A stretch of DNA of 64,000 bases from an uncultured Methanosarcinaceae archaeon (lineage in GTDB: Archaea > Halobacteriota > Methanosarcinia > Methanosarcinales > Methanosarcinaceae). The notes below the pieces were generated by a model. It did no database searches. It was not told the DNA's origin and saw only the letters and a list, made by a program, of their open reading frames with translations. The DNA lies in assembly GCA_963733675.1 (NCBI GenBank), contig CAVTET010000001.1, positions 224,001-288,000 of the forward strand, written 5' to 3'. Position numbers and translations under genes: made by a program. Below are positions 59,054 to 64,000 of the stretch, in pieces (position 1 is the stretch's first letter; each line of letters starts with the position of its first letter).

Positions 59054-60625
59054 TCAAAGTGTTACAAGTTTAGCATTGAGTATTCCCGGAACGCTCCGCA
59101 CTTCTTCAAGAATCGGTGCAGAGACTTCAGAGTCTACATTAAGTACCATCATGGTAACGCCTCCTATTTCAGATCTACCAACCTGCATACCTGATATATT
59201 AATATCGTTCTTACCTAGAACCATGCAGCATGGTCCGATTACGTTCGGCTTATTGATGTGCTTGGCAAAAATCATACGCCCTGCAGGAAAGATATCCATC
59301 TTGTCATCGTCAACTGAAATGATCTTTGACTCATCTCCAACAACAGTTCCAGCAACTAGTTTTGTCAGTTCACTACTAATAAGCCTGATACTAACGGTTG
59401 AAGAGTACTCCTCAGAAGACTCGGATTTACTTTCCACGACCGCAACCTTTCTGGACTTTGCAAGGGTAGGAGCATTGACATAATTAACTCCGGAACCAAG
59501 AGCCATTTCAAGCAACCCTTTGAGAGCAGAAACAGTAAGTGGTCTGGTATCTCTTCCAGAAATTTCTCCATTGTATGCGATTTCCACTTTTTCATAATTG
59601 CCATCTGCAAGCTGCCCTGCAATTTTGCCCATGATCTCCGAGAGCCTGATGTAAGGGGCAAGGATTGCCATGGCTTCTGGCTTTATTGATGGAATATTGA
59701 TTGCATTCTTTGCAAGCCCGCCTGTAAGGACAGATACAATTTCCTTGGCAATATCTATTGCCACGTTGACCTGAGCTTCCTGTGTGGAGGCTCCAAGATG
59801 AGGGGTTACTATGACGTTTTCAAACTGCAGGAGAGGATTGTTAAAAGGAGGTTCCTCAACGAATACATCTAATGCTGCACCTCCTACTTTCCCGCCTTCA
59901 AGAGCCTTTGTTAGTGCCTCTTCGTTGATAATGCCACCTCGAGCGCAGTTTATAATCTTTACACTGGGTTTCATCAGGGCAAACTGTTCTTCATCGATAA
60001 TGTTTTTGGTTTCTTTAATTAAAGGAGTATGCACCGTAATATAATCAGCTACTTTTGCGATTTCATTTACTGTAGTAAGTTTCACACCCAGTTCCGCCGC
60101 TCTTTTTTCTGAGATAAAAGGATCGTACCCAATAAGGTTCATTTCAAGTCCCAAAGACCTTTTTGCGACTTCGGAACCAATTCTTCCAAGACCTATGATT
60201 CCCAGAGTCTTACCCTTGACCTCAATACCCGTAAATTTATTACGTTTCCATTCTCTTGCTTTCAGGGAGGCATTTGCCTGAGGGATGTTTCTGGACATTG
60301 CCATCATCATAGCAATAGTGTGCTCAGCTGCCGAAATCATATTACCTTCTGGAGCGTTAGTCACAATGATGCCTTTTTTGGTAGCTGCATCCACATCAAT
60401 ATTGTCAACTCCGACTCCAGCCCTCCCGATTACTTTTAGGTTGTCAGCAGCTTCGATAATTTTCTGAGTGACCTGAGTTCCACTTCGTATTACAAGGGCA
60501 TCATATTCTTTGATTTTATCCACGAGTTCCTCTTCTGAAAGCCCTGTAGATACTTCAACCGTAAAATGTTCTTTTAAAATATCCAATCCTTCGTTGGAAA
60601 GTGAGTCGCTGACCAATATTCTCAT
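59054..60625 (-). CDS. serA: D-3-phosphoglycerate dehydrogenase
   Basis: RAGVGVDN, GLGRIG, NCARGG, TPHLGAST and a C-terminal ACT domain. Confidence 0.97.
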   Translation of the reverse strand: MRILVSDSLSNEGLDILKEHFTVEVSTGLSEEELVDKIKEYDALVIRSGTQVTQKIIEAADNLKVIGRAGVGVDNIDVDAATKKGIIVTNAPEGNMISAAEHTIAMMMAMSRNIPQANASLKAREWKRNKFTGIEVKGKTLGIIGLGRIGSEVAKRSLGLEMNLIGYDPFISEKRAAELGVKLTTVNEIAKVADYITVHTPLIKETKNIIDEEQFALMKPSVKIINCARGGIINEEALTKALEGGKVGGAALDVFVEEPPFNNPLLQFENVIVTPHLGASTQEAQVNVAIDIAKEIVSVLTGGLAKNAINIPSIKPEAMAILAPYIRLSEIMGKIAGQLADGNYEKVEIAYNGEISGRDTRPLTVSALKGLLEMALGSGVNYVNAPTLAKSRKVAVVESKSESSEEYSSTVSIRLISSELTKLVAGTVVGDESKIISVDDDKMDIFPAGRMIFAKHINKPNVIGPCCMVLGKNDINISGMQVGRSEIGGVTMMVLNVDSEVSAPILEEVRSVPGILNAKLVTL

Positions 60626-60774
60626 GTAAATTTCTCCAATAAATAAGATAAACTTGATCCATTAAATTTTAACAAAGAAATAAATCAACTTAATCACACT
60701 TAAGCATTATCACCTATATTTAAAGCAAGCGTTAATCATCTTGATATTTCTCAAAGTTATTCTACACTACACAA

Positions 60775-61644
60775 TCAACTGATGAGTCTGATTATTCCTA
60801 TTTTCGGTTCGTAACACTGGCCATCTGCAAGGAGAGAACGAATAACTTCATCTACAAATTGATAAGTAATCCCATTCGAAATTGCTGTACCCACAAAAAC
60901 TGCGTAGTCAACACCATTGTGTCCCCCCATCTCTCTGAGCAGCTCAAGCACAAACTCTTTCTGATCAGCCTTGGATCCTGCATAACCCTCTGGATCCAAA
61001 TCCAAGGATCTGAGACCTTCTCTGATTGAAACACGAAGCAATTTCACAAATTCTTGAGGAGAGCTTTCCTGTTCAAGGGCAATAGAAATACCTTCTGCAA
61101 GATCTGAAGAAATCCCTCTTTCGAGCAAGTACTCCCGGATTTCTTCTCCACGATATCCGCTAGCTAGAGCCTCAGAGAAAGCCTCTAGTCTCTCAACTGT
61201 CTGCTCTGCAGTATCTACAACCCACCTAATTCGGATCTTTTCGTCAACTACATTTACTTCTTCAGCTCGGACAGATACATAAGAAGATCCAGGTTCTGGT
61301 TTGTAAATTCGAGCTTTGCCTGTGAGGGCGATGAAAGCTGGAATTTGAACTGCCGAAAAGAAAATAGATGCTTCAGGCTGATACTGTCCGGAATATACCG
61401 TAAAAGCTCCTGTGGGATCGACTATCCTTGCTTTCCACGTCTCATTTAGTGTGCCTACACTGTCAAGTTCCGTGATCACTCCAACAATGAATATACGATT
61501 GAGAATAAGGCCGAGAGGGCTAATAAGCAGATTCGGGGTTTTCGAATCAGCTGCTTCAGAATCAGATATTACTGATTTTTCAAGCTCCCTAAAAGCTTCA
61601 AATTCTCTTGCAAAAACTCTTTTTGCAACCTCTCGTTTAAGCAA
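60775..61644 (-). CDS. RPA-associated OB-fold protein
   Basis: REVAKRVFAREF, NRIFIVGVITE and ARIVDPTGAF; overlaps the RPA gene end. Confidence 0.8.
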   Translation of the reverse strand: MLKREVAKRVFAREFEAFRELEKSVISDSEAADSKTPNLLISPLGLILNRIFIVGVITELDSVGTLNETWKARIVDPTGAFTVYSGQYQPEASIFFSAVQIPAFIALTGKARIYKPEPGSSYVSVRAEEVNVVDEKIRIRWVVDTAEQTVERLEAFSEALASGYRGEEIREYLLERGISSDLAEGISIALEQESSPQEFVKLLRVSIREGLRSLDLDPEGYAGSKADQKEFVLELLREMGGHNGVDYAVFVGTAISNGITYQFVDEVIRSLLADGQCYEPKIGIIRLIS

Positions 61645-63006
61645 AGCCTACTCTCCCACTGGAAGCCTGTGAATTCCTGTCATGTCCATCTCCTTCTCCC
61701 GGCCCTATCCTGTGAAGTAATTCAACTATCCTTACTAAAAGATCATCTTCAGGTACCCAGACTTTTTCAGCTACGAAGGAAATCCCATATTCGCCTTTTG
61801 AGGAATTCCCACGAACTGCAATGTAGCGGCCTGTAAGGGAATATCTGAGATCTTCATAAACCGCATCTTTAGAGACATTCGAAAACATTAGCTTTTCGGC
61901 TTCTTCAAGGGTTTTTCCATAGATACTTTCCGAAAGTTCTCTAGGAAACATAACTGAAATGGATCCTGTTCCGTCATCAAGTATGGCCTTGATCCGCATG
62001 TCTCTTAGGCCTTCTACATTGCCGTGAACCCTGCAGCTTGCTTTTTGAATCGCACGGCCACATTCTGGGCAGTGGGAGATAATCCCGGAGCCTGGCCGTA
62101 CTGAAATCACATTTCCAGCTGTGATCACATCGAACATGATGCCTTTTGAAACTATTCCTTCGATTTTAATAGGAGCAGGGTCTTTTCCTGCGGATTCGAA
62201 GATAAAGGCAAGTTTTCTGGCCTCTTCCAGCTCGATAGAAGAAACTTTTGTGCTGTTCAGGATGTTTACTGAAAGCATTCCCCTGAACATTCGGATCTGA
62301 GCTCCCTCTATTCGGATTGTACTCCCGATATCAATCCCAGAAAGCTCAATCCAGGATGTGAAAGGCAGCCTTCCTGTCTCATCTGCGAGAACACCTGATA
62401 CAACTTCAGACTGGCGTCCCCTGACCCGCACCTCCTTGTTTGAAAGTTGAAGTACGCAGGCTACAGTCCCAACGGAAAAATCTGCAGCTCCGATATCTAG
62501 CAGCTTTTTTGATTGGCTCTCGGGAAGCTTAGATAGGGTGATAAGCGATGGGTCAGCAATTTTAGATACAAGAGACTGTTTCCCTATAAAAAGTCTGATC
62601 TTATTCTGCCAGGTGCGCATATAAGCGTTTTTGATAGTGATTCTATCTCCTATCGAGCCTGGAAGATATTTCCATGAAGAAAACATAACAGAACCTGTTT
62701 CACTGCAAGGATCCCGTTATAAATCTTAGAAGTTCCTTCTTTAGTTCCATCCTGAGGCCGGATTGTTTTTTCTCCAAGGTCCTGGATACTGCCGATAATT
62801 TCAAAATTCTTCAGGTTAGCTGAAAGATCCTTTACCTTTAGGACTTTTGTCTTTCCTCCTAACTTGCTGAGGCTACTCTTTTTTGCAACATCTTGTTGCA
62901 TGCGAAAAGAAAGACATTTATTAAACTCTGCATGGATATCAGTTTTTTCAAGATCTCCAAGTTCCCTGTTTGACTCCTCAAGGTGGGGTACTATTTTTTC
63001 ATCCAT
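61637..63006 (-). pseudogene. rpa: Replication protein A (OB folds + Zn finger), split by a 1-nt frameshift near 62702
   Basis: LADETG and LDDGTG OB motifs and C-x2-C-x8-C-x2-H. The first LA(D)ETG reads GCA GT GAA ACA GGT, one base short. Confidence 0.8.
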
Positions 63007-63278
63007 TTTTAAGCCTTCATTCGAGACAATAATGAAATAATTCCTATTTTACAGTTTTTTGGATTTCAGGATATTTCAGGTTTGATTCCAGGCTCTGAAA
63101 TCCAATCTTTTACAATAAATTAGGTTCAAGAGATAATTTCAAAAAATATTTTTTTCAAGAATCACTTATATATCTAAGCACATGACAGAATTGAGGTTTT
63201 GTCTAAATCCTCAAGACTAATACTAATAAAGATACAGATTTTAGGGTAAATACAAATTTCAAGTTAGATATGAATATT

Positions 63279-64000
63279 GGTTCCGTTGCAAAAATCCTTT
63301 CTAATTGATGCAATAGAATAAAAAGAAAACTAAAGATAGTAATATGCTATCTGATTCTTTTAAATGGAAGCATTATGAAGGAGAAATTATCTTATTGAAT
63401 GTAAGATGGTACTTAAAATACCCACTGAGCTATCGAAACTTAAAGGAAATAATGATAGAAAGAGGAATTCAAGTTGATCACAGTACTATAATGAGATGGG
63501 TACATCAATATTCTCCTGAAATAGAAAAGAAGATAAGAAGACATTTAAGACCAACAAATGATTCGTGGAGAGTTGATGAAACCTATATCGAAGTAAAAGG
63601 TAAATGGAAATATCTTTATCGAGCAGTTGATTCAAATGGAGATACAATGGACTTCATGTTAAGTTCAAAACGAAATAGAAAAGCAGCGAATAGATTCTTT
63701 AAGAAAGCTTTAAGTTCAAATCAGAATCAAATTCCAAGAGTAATAACCGTTGATAAGAATCCAGCTTATCCACCTGTTATAGATAAACTGAAAAATGATA
63801 AAATACTACCTAAAAACGTAGGTATTCGACAAATCAAGTATTTGAATAACATTATAGAACAAGATCATCGATATATATAGCGGATAATTGCTCCAATGTT
63901 AGGATTTCAGTCTTTTCGATCTGCTAATAAAACCTTAAAAGGAATTGAAGCTATGAATATGGTCAAAAAAGGACAAGTCAATAATCTAAATTACTCTGTT
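63279..64000 (+). mobile_element. IS6-family element running off the window; transposase from 63344 with in-frame TAG at 63878
   Basis: TIR GGTTCCGTTGCAAAAA; near-identical to the 3730 copy; the frame stays open after the TAG. Confidence 0.95.

Overview
This window is archaeal and almost certainly Methanosarcina or a close Methanosarcinaceae relative, judged from the ribosomal, RNA polymerase, isoprenoid and cobalamin proteins and from the family-typical signal peptides and IS elements. Intact housekeeping blocks: nurA-herA; moaD-like SAMP, cbiE, cbiD; nth; aroC; the rpl18e-rpl13-rps9-rpoN-tRNA-Pro-rpoK-rps2-MEMO-mvk-ipk-fni-rnj-idsA cluster; tRNA-Val/Phe/Gly; rpl10e-eIF2beta-radical-SAM-like; alanine dehydrogenase; serA; rpa-rpap. 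Between these lies AT-rich, heavily eroded DNA with many IS remnants (IS6, IS5, IS630, IS21, IS701, IS200/IS605), at least two MITE families, and many decayed host genes (isochorismatase, VOC, htpX, catalase, cupin, a surface protein, frameshifted RPA). Best leads: (i) an intact radical-SAM/SPASM homologue lacking its Fe-S cysteine motifs; (ii) a 24-bp inverted repeat tightly bracketing htpX-pspAB; (iii) two identical inverted 150-bp IS6-type MITEs enclosing a DUF2240 gene; (iv) secreted repeat proteins ((YPN/YPS)x19, CG(C/Y)G(D/E) heptads, DRGYP), one encoded by a TTAGGG-containing, G-quadruplex-capable minisatellite; (v) a 42-aa ORF coupled to a ubiquitin-like SAMP; (vi) an IS6 transposase with an in-frame amber codon at a Lys position, a candidate for pyrrolysine read-through. 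No CRISPR array or rRNA was seen. Family assignments come from motif recognition, not database searches, and remnant boundaries are approximate.
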